Shown here piece after piece: positions 12,113-24,525 of a stretch of DNA of 64,000 nucleotides (positions are counted from its first letter, which is position 1; each line of letters begins with the position of its first letter). Location: NCBI RefSeq assembly GCF_020745735.1, contig NC_083411.1:87158328-87222327 (forward strand). Direction: 5' to 3'. The position numbers and the translations under genes were made by a program. The notes beneath the pieces are model-generated. The model ran no database searches, had not been told where the DNA came from, and saw nothing but the letters and a program-made list of their open reading frames with translations. This DNA comes from Hemiscyllium ocellatum. Taxonomy: Eukaryota.

Positions 12113-15100
12113 GTGCGTAAAATGTATATGAATTACAAAACTTTGAAGTCTCTAGGATGTTTTAATTCTATGTAAAATAGAGGGGTAAACCATTTTGTAA
12201 GTTCTGATGCGTCATTACTGAGATATCAATGCTGTTGAGTAAACTTTCTTTGAAGTAAGGCAATTATTTTTGGGAAATCTATTAATCCACAGTTTACCAA
12301 GTCAAGTCATTCTGATGTGCCATCAGATGTTTCTGACCTGCATTAGACTAGGTTTTCTGACATTGGGTGATAAGGTAAGAAAAAAAAAGCCAATTGTCAC
12401 CAAGTTACATGAATAGCTTTCTCACCTTATTTAGGCATTGCATTAAATCATCTGAAATAGAGTTATATTCAGAAGGTTTATTATTGAGTGTCATTGAGAA
12501 TTAGATTGTCCTGATAAAAACGAGTGATAAGACTGTTCTTGTCAAATGTGGCATTCAATCTGTCCAGGCTCATTTTCGCAATTAAATTGAAATAATTACA
12601 AAGATCAAGACGCATGACAGCTGTCACATCCAGACACCAATTACCCAGGGGGCTATTCTGGTTGCATTATCTTCCCAAAAGGCCCAGAATAAAGGAGTAT
12701 GGCAATTGTGGGTTAAGATCATGACTCCATATGAAACGTGCAAAATTAGACCACTTGGCCCATTGCGTCTGCTCTGCCATTTGATCACAGCAGATAGTTT
12801 CTCAAACCTCCTGCTGTCTATCCATAACCCTTGATCACCTTGATAGCTAGAGAACCTAACTATCTCTGTCTTAAAGGCACTCAATAACTTGGCCTCCACA
12901 GCCCATGAGCAGGTTTAAATACTATTTGAATGTTCAGGGTGATGCCTGAGAAGTATGATTTGTGGGCTGACAGAATAGGATTAAAACAGAAAGCAATAAA
13001 AAGCTTTACAAGCATTTATAGTGAGTCCAGCAACTGATCACAAGAAAGAATTTCCAATAGTATAAACGGAAAATGCCTTAGTGGTATTCCCTCTCAACAT
13101 AAATGTGGAAGGGACTACAGAGGCTTCAGATTAGATAGAGAATTAAAGACTGCAGTCATGTAACTGAACTAGCGATAGAAATCCTCCTGGAAATGACATT
13201 ATCAGTGCTAATAATCAGGAAGATGAATTTGCAAGAGATGCACCATGAAGAAATTTATTTTGAGGGAATATAGACTTTATTCTGTGATACTAGATAGAAG
13301 ATAGCTTTGGTGCATGGATGGAGTTATGTTGAAATGTCTTTGCAGATGAGATCCTTTTTGGATGTTACTGTGCAATTTGAGAAGTGTGCTATTAAAAACA
13401 CAATTAAAGTTGGGAGTCAGGTTTGTGTGACTTCTAAACCTCATGTTTTAACTAGTAAGCAAAGTAGGTCAGGATTGATTTAAAATTTATTCCAATTTTG
13501 AGATGTTTATCCCATCCGAGTTACTAGGTCATCACAGAAGGATGATGCTCTATATAAAGAGATGGCGAAGTTGCAAAACTTGACCAATTAGTTGAATTAG
13601 TTGTGCATTCAGATAAGACCATATGCTACATTTGATGTGTTGGACGAAGTACTTTAGTGAAATATCTTAAAATATTGCAAAGTGTTGTCGATGTGGAAAT
13701 CTGAAATTAAAAAAAAGCTGGAGAAACACAGTTGGTCTGGCAGTATCTATGGGAGAGAAACAGAGTTTCAGTTTTGAGTCCATTAACTCTGTTTCTCTTT
13801 CCACAGTTGCTGCCAGACCTGAATTTTCCAGCTGTTTTTATTTTTGTTTCAGATTTCTAGCAGTTCTTTTGTTTTTTTTTTCAGTGTTAGATACACTTGA
13901 TCCTGATCAATTGATTAATTATAACAGATTCAGATTGGTCAGGATACAATAGACAGATTATAATCATAAGAGCCAAGTTAGATATTTTTAATGCAATGAC
14001 CGGTTACATGTTTGTTAACTTATCCCTCTCCTACTCTTTAAGCTGTTTCGAAATTACCTGTCTTTAGCCAAGTTGGTCACGGTAACACAGAAAGTGACCT
14101 GGTTAAGAGTAGAATAATTAACAAAGGTTAAAAAGTACAGCTTTGTATGATTTATAACCTGTATTGAAACCACAAAGCATTGTTTGCAACATTTTGTAAA
14201 GCATTGATGCTTGAATAAGTGATAAATGAAAGTTCTGTATACTATTTTAGTAGATGTTTATAAACACGATTTAATTTATGTGTATGGGGGGTGCACTTTT
14301 TATTTGCCTGGAGAAAACACATTTTGTAGGAAGTGTACTTTTTAAAAAAAAAACTCCTGTTTTCTCAATCTTGTACTCCTCTGTCAGCGGATGAGCTAAC
14401 TGTCCTACTGCAATGCCTTTAGCTCTTGTTGCTAGGCAATGAAAAATGCCATGCTGGTTAGGATTTCCGACCTGCTTAGTTATGTAAAAATAATGAATCT
14501 GAGCCCATGAGACTCATGTTGCCCACACAGCAAGTTGTTTTTCTGAAAGAACTGCGGAGTAGGTAGAAATTGCTGTACAGTATACTTGGGAGATACTGCC
14601 TCTGGTTGAGTATGCAAGTTTTGTGCTGAAGGTGTGGAATTTTATCTGTCTGAGTGACAGTTACAAGTGTATTTGTTATTCATAATGTGTAATGAGTGAT
14701 GTGACACCTTTTTATTGCTAATTCTGCTACATTATTCTGCTATTCTGGAATTTATCTGCACACCAGGAAAAAGTAGTGAATGTGAATGGTATGGCATTCT
14801 TTAAAAGAAAACAGACCGTTTTAACTTCTGATTCCAGGAACCAATATCGGCCTTTGCTTATTTTCTTACTCTTTTTGTGCCAACTTGAATAAATGTATTC
14901 AATATATTCAATACACCAGGTGTGATCTCACCCAGGCTTTGTATAATTGAAGCATGATCTCTACCTACTTTATCAAGCTCTTTTTATAATTTTATATATA
15001 TATTTAAAACATTTATCTGCAATACTTAACAGTGCCACTTATCTTTGAATCAATCACAAGTTTTGATGTGTGGCATATTCCATCACCAAAATGGTGAATA

Positions 15101-17539
15101 CATATGATGAATGGTTTAATTCTATTAAAGATCCCTGTGACACAACACTACCCACATCCTGCCAGTTGAAGTACCTACTCTATATCCTGCCACTTGCCAG
15201 ATTTCTAACCAGATCAATACCTTCAGTTCCACAAGCTTCAACTTTAGCTTGTGGCCTCTTCTGAGGGATTTTATCTAATGTCTTCTGTAGACTATTTAAA
15301 TAACATTGATAGACACTTGTCTGCTGACTATTTTGTCACCTTTTGAAGAAATTCTTTCTCTGTTCCATTCCTTTAGTATTTTATCTTTTACTTCATATTG
15401 CTTCCTTCCTACCAGATTGTATCACTTCACACTTTCCTGCATCAAAATTATATATGACTTGTCTGCCCATTCCATCAACTTCGTGAGGTGTATTGTGACC
15501 ATCTTAGATAACAAGGTTTCCAAGTTTTTGCTATCTATAAACTTTGAAATTGTGCCATATACATTGAGCCACACCTTGTGTACTAATAAGAAAGGCAGTT
15601 TTACTAGGACTGACTGACCCCTTGAGAAATCCACTGTATACTTTCCTCCAGATGACTAACAATTATTCACCACTACTTTATTTCCTGTCACTCACCCAAT
15701 TTTGAACCCCTGCTGTGGCTGTACCTTTTTATTTTGTAGGATTCAGCTTTGCTTTTTTTTTTGTCAATTTACCTTTTTGCCAATCTGTACATACCACATC
15801 AATCACGTTATTCTCATCAATTCTCCTTGTTACTTCTTCAAAGTTCTCAGCAAGTTAGCTAAACATTTATTCTAGCTTTTCTTAATTAATCCACAATTGT
15901 CCTGGTAACTTCTAAATTGTGTCCCAGATTATCATTTCTAAAAGCTTTTCCACCACCACATTTAAACTAGCTGGCCTGCACTTCTTGGGCTTCTATTCTT
16001 TTTTTTTGAAGATTGAAGATTTGAAGAATATTGCAATTCTCTGGCCCTCTGGGCAAATGTCAGCATCTAAGAATCGAATTAAATTGAATTAGCTTTTTTG
16101 TCACATACTCAAATGGGTATGGTGAAAAATTTATAAGTTGCCACTTATGGCACCATCTTATGTACAAGGCACCTAGATACAAATTCTTCAGTACAAGCTC
16201 TTAGGATAAAAATTTAAAAATAAAGAAATTAAAAAGTCCAGCATTACAGATGATAGGAGTAAATTAGAAAAGTAGAGAAATAAAAAGTTCAAACTAACAG
16301 TCTTTCCAACCCAAGCCTCAAAGGTACCTTGCCTTTACACTGCACTGGGCCTTGAATCACCTCAGGGCTGGAAGCTCACATTGAGGCCACACCGGGTCAA
16401 AAGACCACCACGGGCTGCTGAGAGACTGCTATGTTGAACTGTTGAGAGATTGTCAGGCCGGGAGACTGCCACACTGGGCCAAGAGGACATCTTGTCGGGT
16501 CAGCATTGAGGTGACGTTTTCAAATCTGCGCTGAGGCCAGCAATTTGGGACGTTGCCAGGAAGAAAGAAGAGAAAAGCAAACACAAAAGGGAAAAAGAAA
16601 AGGAAAAGAAGTGAATGCAGCAGACGTGCTCTGACAGAAGCATCCTACTTCATTGTCATATTGGAAAACAAAGAGCAGTTTGGATGATTCTGCCTAGTAA
16701 ATTCGCAATTTCACGCTTGCTTAATTGTCATCAAATAGATTTTGTCCTTGACCCCTCTCCCACTTCTTTTTTTCTATCTGTCTTTTCTGGATCCTATTGA
16801 TTGAGGAATATTTAATGTCAAAGCTGCCTTTTTTAAAACCGGTCTTGTATTGCTGTTATAGCATATTACATGCAGTGACCTGTGCTTCTGTCTCACCAAC
16901 CTTATTTAACATGTTTTGATTGTCTACCTAAGTGCACTGTAAACATAATTTGCATCTTATTGCATTCCTTCTTGGTCTGAGCTTACTATTGCAACTTCCT
17001 ATTCTTGTGCTTTTTGTCTCAGTATTTTTCTGTATCTACCTTCTCCTTTCCAATGCTATGTCTTGGCACCATTCCCCCGATAGGTTTGTGGAAATCTTCC
17101 TCAACAGAATCAGCAAACTGTCACACAACAACTGTTTCCAAATATGTTTAAGTCTGCATTGGTCCCACCACTGCCATAACTGTTCCCAGCAGCCCAGGAG
17201 CTGTAAATATTTTCCTTGTGTGCCATCTCTTCAGCCACACTTTTGTCAGCTCTATCTCCCAGTTGGATCTTTATTAATACATTAATACAAGTCATCCAGA
17301 AATTACTGCTTTTTGAGGACCTGCTTGCTATTGTTTTTTTCTGGTTCCTTAACATCTGCCTGGAGATTTTCATCTTTCTTATTACTAGTGCCATTGGTAC
17401 AGTTATTAATGAGCCCAAGTTCAAGTTCCATCTGCTCCAGAGGTGTGTCATTACACATCTAAACAAAGTTTGTGAGAAGATTTTTAGCTTGGGTGCTCGT
17501 TGTTGTGGTTCTGTTCGCCGAGCTGGGAGTTTTTGTTGC

Positions 17540-17577
17540 AAACGTTTCGTCCCCTGTCTAGGTGACATCTTCAGTGC
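17540..17577 (-). ncRNA. Minimal hammerhead ribozyme motif (PLE-type)
   Basis: - strand CTGAAGA-T-GTCACCT(AGAC)AGGGGAC-GAAA-CGTT. Confidence 0.6.
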
Positions 17578-18576
17578 TTGGGAGCCTCCTGTGAAGCGCT
17601 TCTGTGCTGATTCCTCCGGCATTTATACTGGTTTGAATCTGCCGCTTCCGGTTGTCAGTTGCTGTCCGCTGCCGTGGCTGGTATATAGGGTCTAGGTCGA
17701 TGTGTCTGTTGATAGAATTTGTGGATGAGTGCCATGCCTCTAGGAATTCCCTGGCTGTTCTGTTTGGCCTGCCCTATAATAGTGGTGTTGTCCCAATCGA
17801 ATTCGTGTTGTTTGTCATCTGAGTGTATGGCTACTAGGGATAGCTGGTCGTGTCGTTTCGTGGCTAGTTGGTGTTCATGGATGCGGGTTGTTAGCTGTCT
17901 TCCTGTTTGTCCTATGTAGTGTTTTGTGCAGTCCTTGCATGGGATTTTATACACTACGTTGGTTTTGCTCATGCTGGGTTTTGGGTCCTTTGTCCTGGTG
18001 AGTTGTTGTCTGAGGGTGGCTGTTGGTTTGTGTGCTGTTATGAGTCCTAGTGGTCGCAGCAGTCTGGCTGTCAGTTCAGAAATGCTCCTGATGTATGGGA
18101 GTGTGGCCAGTCCTTTGGGTTTGTGGCATGTCCTCATTTCGTTGTCTTTCCCTTGGGCATCCGTTGATGAAATTGCGAGGGTATCCGTTCTTGGTGAATA
18201 CCTTGTATAGGTGCTCTTCTTCCTCTTTTTGTAGTTCAGGTGTGCTGCAGTGTGTTGTGGCCCTTTTGAATAATGTCCTGATGCAACTTGGTTTGTGTGT
18301 GTTGGGGTGGTTGCTTTCATAGTTCAGGACTTGGTCTGTGTGTGTGGCTTTCCTGTATACCTTCGTTGTGAATTCTCCATTCGGTGTTCTTTGTACCATC
18401 ACGTCTAGGAATGGGAGCTGGTTGTCCTTTTCTTCCTCTCTCGTGAATCGGATTCCTGTGAGCGTGGCGTTGATGATCTGGTGTGTGTTCTCTGAATAAT
18501 GCTGGAGGAATCAGCACAGAAGCGCTTCACAGGAGGCTCCTAAGCACTGAAGATGTCACCTAGAAAGGGGATGAAA

Positions 18577-18841
18577 CATAGAACATAGAAAAATACAGCG
18601 CAGTACAGGCCCTTTGGCCCTCGATGTTGCGCCGACCAAATCCTACCTAACCTACACTAGCCCAATAACTTCCATATGCCTATCCAATGCCTGCTTAAAT
18701 GACAATAAAGAGGGAGAGTTCACCACTGCTACTGGCAGGGCATTCCATGAACTCACAACCCGCTGCGTAAAGAATCTACCCCTAACATCTGTCCTATACC
18801 TACCACCCCTTAATTTAAGCTGTGTCCCCTAGTAACAGCTA
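18577..18841 (-). mobile_element. CR1 3' fragment nested in the PLE pseudo-LTR
   Basis: ATAGAACATAGAA tail and CR1 3' sequence; GAAAC is repeated on both sides. Confidence 0.8.
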
Positions 18842-19419
18842 GAAACGTTTGCAACAAAAACTCCCACCTCGGCGAACAGAACCACAACATCATCTAAACA
18901 GGTTGATGAAAATATCATGACTCTAAGATCACCTTTGGACACCAAAACCCTTTACAACTTTAGAAATATTCTGGCTTTTTTCAGTCCAAAGTTAATAACT
19001 TGATCTTATTATATTGTATCTGCCATATTCTAGTCCATTTACTCGGCCTGTCCAAGTTCTTTTGAAGCCTCCTTGTATCCTCATCACATTTTGGTATCAT
19101 CAAAAGTAATACAATTGATCGCCACATCCAAATCATTGATTTTATATGTATTATGGACAGCTATGGACTTAGCACTGATAGTTGTGGTATTCCACTAGTA
19201 ATAGCCTGCCATCCTGAGAGTGTTTTGTTTATTCCTACCCTCTGCTTTCAGTCTATCAATCTGTTCTCAATCCATACTAGTACGTTTCATCAAATCCTTT
19301 GTGCTCCAGCTTTATTTATTAACCTCCTGCAAGAACTTATCAAAAATCTTCTGACAATCCAAATACAGCACATTCTCTGGTTCTCCTTTGTCTATGTTAT
19401 ATGTAAGAGTTTTAAGAAA

Positions 19420-19872
19420 ACATGAATCGGACAAACTAGCATGAAACTTGCCACGAGGATACATGAACGCTAACTGGCCACCAAAAGACATGACCCACTA
19501 TCATTAGTTTCTATACATACAGACAAAAGAAGGACACCACTTTGACTGGGACAACACACACATCCTCAGACAGGCGAATCAAAGACACATGAGAATTCTT
19601 AGAGGTATGGCATTCCAAGCAGAACTCCATCAATAAACAGATCGATTTAGACCCTTGCCTTGAAAGAAAGAACCAGAAATGACATCACCCACCTTAAGAA
19701 ACCAAGACCTAAAATTAGAGAGGTGGGACATACCAGCAGCACTTCACCAGAGACCGTCACTGATGATGTTACCTCGTGTGGTGACGAAATGTCTGAAAAC
19801 AAACCTTCAAGCTCAGCGAGCTAACTTTTATATACTTGTATCATCAACCTGAGCTACAAATCTTCTCAAACA
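19420..19872 (+). mobile_element. Penelope-like 3' fragment with hammerhead core
   Basis: Degenerate GIY-YIG C-terminal coding sequence (homologous to 54760-55000) followed by CTGATGA-stem-GAAA at 19760-19789. Confidence 0.8.
19756..19796 (+). ncRNA. Minimal hammerhead ribozyme motif (PLE-type)
   Basis: CTGATGA-T-GTTACC(TCGTGT)GGTGAC-GAAA-TGTC. Confidence 0.6.
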
Positions 19873-19905
19873 TTGCTCATACTAAACTTCTATTTTTCTT
19901 TACAG

Positions 19906-19982
19906 GATCTAAGCCAACTCCTCGCTCCAATTATAAGCTTCCTCCACCCAATGGATGTGGCTCTCCGATGTTTGGAGTTCAT
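19906..19982 (+). CDS. PLA2G12A: PLA2G12A coding exon 2 (77 nt; Ca2+-binding loop NGCGS)
   Basis: Acceptor tttttctttacag ends 19905; encodes (G)SKPTPRSNYKLPPPNGCGSPMFGVH; donor GTAAGT at 19983; frame continuous with exon 1. Confidence 0.96.
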
Positions 19983-21479
19983 GTAAGTAATACTTTGTCA
20001 AAGATTTGCATCTTGCATCCTTCTTAATTTCATTAAATTTCAGTAATGAATGAAATGCTTCAATGGTTTCACTAAGCAACAATATAAATTTGCTGAACAG
20101 GATGTTTTATTGGTTATTTCAGGTTGACATTGTTGCATATCAGCAAAGTCAGTAGACTGAGTATATTTGTATGTTATGTTAAGATCCCAGCTGATGGGAA
20201 AATGGACAAGTCAGATCCCAATACTGGCTTGATAGATCATACACTTAATTTTTGCGGTTGGTTAATATGGTTTTTAGTCACTGAAATAAATTTACACAAT
20301 GCTACTAATGTTCGTTAGCAATAGACCAAAAGTTGATTACACAAAGAAATAAAGATTTTATGTAGAAGACCAATCTCAATCCAAAAATCAAAACATTTCA
20401 ACCTGCTTTCCAAAACCATGTGTTTAAGAGACTCACTCCCAGAAAAAAATCACTCCTCTATCAGCTGTTTAAATATTTAATTAACTGATTTTCTTGTTTG
20501 TTTTTCTTGAACTGCAGTGACAATTTTACAGTTTATTTCCAAGTCTGATGACATGAATATTTTGTAGTTCTGATGGCCCAAACTTCCTCACTTTTAACAA
20601 CCTAAGGATTTCTATTCAAATTCTTTCAGCTTGAAAGCTCCACAGTCCAGAAACCTCTTCTGCTGAGGTGATTGATTCCCTGAAATGAGTTGATTCACCT
20701 GTGAGGAGAAGCGTTTCTATATTCTGGACCTCTGGCATCTGAATAAAAACCTTGAACCTTCTATTTTGAAGTCAAAACTAAACTAGTTGTCTTAATGTGT
20801 TTACTCTGTATGTCATAAAGCCAATAAGTTAACCATTTTCTCCATTAACACTGTAGGCATTCTCTCAGGGACTTCGCACCTTTTCAACAGAAAAAAAATC
20901 TTCCAGCTGGTTTATATTCATCTGTTTCTATTCTGAAATCAAAATCCAAAAATATAACATGCAATACATCATCCATCACACCTCCACAAAAGAAAACCTG
21001 AAAATATATCCTTGAGACATTTTCACTTTTCATCAATAAGTTTTTTGCATGATTTCTATGGCACATCAACAGTATTTTATTAACTTTACATGAACATTTT
21101 TTCATGCAATCATATCCTATACTAGTGCAATTTGATCATGGTATTGGTTTCATTAATATTTATTCTTGACAAAGCATTTGCTATATTGACCTTGCCAGCC
21201 AAATAAATGATTTTTTTCATTGTATAGCTACAATATCAAGAAAGGAGTCTTAATGTTTTTGATATGCAATGTCTCCAAACAATCTAAAAGGTTGAAGTCC
21301 ATATAAAGTAAATCTTTTCAGATTTCTTGAATATGTAAACTTCAAACTTTTGTAGTCGGTGCAACGTTCTTTCTTTACTGTTGAACATTCCCTTGTCCAC
21401 TAAAATTTCTTCCTGTTCTTCAATAAATTTGTTAAAGAGGCCACTAATAATGCTGAAATTCAGAATGAAATGCAAACAA

Positions 21480-22100
21480 AATTAACTCCTGTCAGTGTAT
21501 CTCAGAATTTTGTGTTTTGTTGTCGAGAATATTCAAGGTAACGCAAATTTTAACATTTCTAGTACTACTTGTCCTCATACCACAGTATGGCCCAAGTAAG
21601 TCAGTTTTGCTTTGGCAAGTACACTTTTAGCCAGATTTATGATCATTTTTGCTCTTTTTAAGTTTAAAAGGTCATTCATTTGATACAGTTGTTCTTCCCA
21701 GTTTAGCTGAACATAACCAGGTCAATGTGAAAATTTCTTTCAGTTAATTGTTGAAAAGTAACTGGTGCATTTTTCATTCTAAATGGTTAGACTTGTTGAC
21801 AAAATCCATCTATTAAAAAGTTGATATTTCTTTGGCCCTGTCAGTGCAAGGAAATTGTCAATATCCTTTTAACAAGTCAAATTTGAATTAATGCAAGTCC
21901 AACTTTGTAATCATGATGGGAATGCAGAATTTTTGTGATCCATCCCAGTTTCAGCACCATCACAACAGGTGAGCTCCAGCTACTATCACTCAGGCCAATA
22001 GTGTCATTATCTATCTGGAATTTAATTTCTTTCCTCATTTCGGTTAATTTCTTTGAAATGAGTCAGTGCAAATGTTGTTTTATGTTAATATATTTTCTCC
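21480..22100 (-). mobile_element. Degenerate Gypsy/Ty3 reverse transcriptase remnant (element probably extends ~20400-23300)
   Basis: Hand translation across frameshifts: LLKGY*QFP..TDRAKEISTF..MKNAPVTFQQL..WEE..NLAKS..AKLTYLGH. Confidence 0.65.
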
Positions 22101-23985
22101 TGGTCTATTTGCACAAATCTTTTTGAGACATAATAGCTTTTCTAGTCATTTCAATTGTTTTCTGGAAGATAGTATCAAATTCCATATAACCTCTTTAGGT
22201 ACTTTCCATTTTATCAAATTGATGATTGAGGGTCAACTTTTGAATTTTTAATTTCTGATTCATTCTACAATTGTGATATTTATTTTCATTTACCTATTTC
22301 GTTCACTATTCTAAGTACACTTTACTCCTCTCTACACTCTCTATCCTGGTATTACATTAACATATTTTTTGCAATTTTTTTTGTCTTATGTCTGCTACTC
22401 ATGATATAATTCACATAATTGAGTTTTTTTTCTGATTTGATGAGGACCAGTGAACCTTGCTTTTAATGGCTTCCGAGAGACCACTAACATGACTAATATT
22501 TTGTCTCTAACAACAAACTATCTAGCTTTGGCCTTTTCTTCTGTTCTGGTTTTTATTGTTGTTGAACATTTCTTCTATGCTTTTTGGCTACCCCACAAGC
22601 TTTTTGTTTCTTTCTGAAACTTGAAACATGGGCTTGAAGGTTCTCAGGTATTTGGTTTTTAAATTTTTGTTTACTCAGTTTAAGGGATAATCTCACCTCA
22701 TGTCCTTATCAAAGGGACTAAATACTGAGAGTTAATTAGGAACATCCCTAATGGCAGATAATAACACAGGAATTCCCTTTATCCTTGTCGTTTGGACATT
22801 GCTGACTATAAGCTCCAATGCTCTTTATAAGTTTAATGCCATCTTTTCCATGTTCTTTGAGACTGAGATTGTGCAAGATGAGCTGAAGGCGTAAATTGTT
22901 TTATTCCCAAGCTAGTGATGACATCAAGTATTTGTGACATAAAATTTGGTTGAATCTGCATTTGATTGTACTTATTTGGGCAATCCATAACTTGTGAGGA
23001 AACACAAATCTACTTTTCTACTACTATTTTGCTGTATTTTTCTCCAAAAGCTATTGTTATTAAAAGATACTGACTATCATTCCTAGTTCTAGGTAAGGAT
23101 CCTACAAAATCTATTCTGATTTAGACCCCGCTAAACAGTTATTTGAAAACTGGTATCAGAATTAAAAGCACAGGTTTTAATCAATGGTTGGGGTTTCCCC
23201 ACTACCTAACATGTTGGATTTATACTGTGGGCAGATTGGCATTTCCCTCCCCTCTGGGACAGACCCAGAAGCTCGGCTTTTTGTTCCATTCCGGAGTGCC
23301 TTGTTTTGGCTTTCAACACAAATTTGTGCTCACATAAAGTGCTCTAGCTCAATTTTCCAGCAGTGTGGACACTCTGTTCATGCTAGGGGCACAAGAACTG
23401 AGTAAGTTGGGCTTAAAGGTAGAGCAGAATTTGAGAAGTGAGAGTCTAACAACCACATTGATTAAATAAATCAAAAGCTAAATCTTTATTTGTTTTCGCT
23501 ATCGTTTTATAGCAACTGTGCAGCACTTCTGATGGTCGTAGCTGTTGGATACAGTCAATGATTAGCTTTTTGAGCATGATAGTAAATTAATATAGAGAGT
23601 CTTACTGAGAAAAGGCATTCGGTAGAATGTCTTCAGCTTTTGCTTGTTTGAACAATTCAAAGATAAGTACAAATTTAGACTGTGAGTCCACATCCTGATT
23701 AGTTGGAAAGTTGGCTCTGATCAAGGAATTACATGGAGAATGCAGCAATTAATGATGATTGACAGTTAACTGCAAGGCCATGTTCAATTTTTAAATCGGG
23801 CAGGTGACTCTGATTAGTTGGATCTATGTCCTGAGAAATGAACCAAAGAGTAACAGTTGCCCAATTTTTTGAACATAATGAAGGCCAATACTCTCTAACT
23901 TCAGTGCTGATCAATGTTGACTGCAGATTTTATTGAGATATTGCGATCACCTGTCATACATATTTACATATATCTTTGTAAATAG

Positions 23986-24151
23986 CTAGATGTGGGAATC
24001 CCTTCTATGACGAAGTGTTGCAATCAGCATGATCGTTGTTATGATACTTGTGGAAATGCTAAACAGGACTGTGATGAAGTGTTTCAGTATTGTCTGTCCA
24101 CAATCTGCAGAAATGTACAGAAAACATTAGGAATGGATTCAACTGTACAAG
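23986..24151 (+). CDS. PLA2G12A: PLA2G12A coding exon 3 (166 nt; catalytic His-Asp)
   Basis: Not in the ORF track, translated by hand: LDVGIPSMTKCCNQHDRCYDTCGNAKQDCDEVFQYCLSTICRNVQKTLGMDSTVQ; acceptor AG 23984-23985, donor GTAGGT at 24152; His in CCNQHD separates 12A from catalytically inactive 12B. Confidence 0.96.
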
Positions 24152-24401
24152 GTAGGTGCAGCTAAATTATTTGATGTTCACTGCTTGCAGGTGGAAAGTT
24201 AATGCTTTCTAAAAAAAAAATAGCCACAAGAACCTGCAAATATTTGTGATATGTATTGTATCATCAACTCCAATTTAATGAAACAGTGGATTGTATCTGG
24301 CATTCCCCTCTATCCAATACTAGCAACTTCTGCACTTGAACTAGGAAACATTCCATGCTATACCGAACTTTATTTCTGTATCAGTGTGAAGATTGATATC
24401 T

Positions 24402-24525
24402 GAGTAAAAAATGAGGTCTGCAGATGCTGGAGATCACAGCTGAAAATGTGTTGCTGGTCAAAGCACAGCAGGCCAGGCAGCATCTCAGGAATAGGGAATT
24501 TGACGTTTCGAGCATAAGCCCTTCT
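24402..24525 (-). mobile_element. PLE terminal fragment in PLA2G12A intron
   Basis: Reverse complement of the PLE tail, truncated within the hammerhead core. Confidence 0.75.

Larger units (their letters stand above)
17466..18890 (-). mobile_element. Penelope-like element (Poseidon-type), 5'-truncated, with inverted pseudo-LTR
   Basis: GIY-YIG VVYKIPCKDCTKHYIGQTGR and RT thumb VYRKATHTDQVL; inverted copy of the terminal segment at ~18498-18890; TSD CATCTAAACA 17456-17465 / 18891-18900. Confidence 0.9.

Noticed and set aside
16932-17695. Overlapping 117-170 aa ORFs
   Set aside because: No recognisable domain; they straddle SINE/PLE junctions and low-complexity sequence
20850-22460. hAT transposase in intron 2
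   Set aside because: Closer translation gave Gypsy RT motifs instead
23986-24151. PLA2G12B identity
   Set aside because: Catalytic His is present (CCNQHD) and the N-terminus is 12A-like
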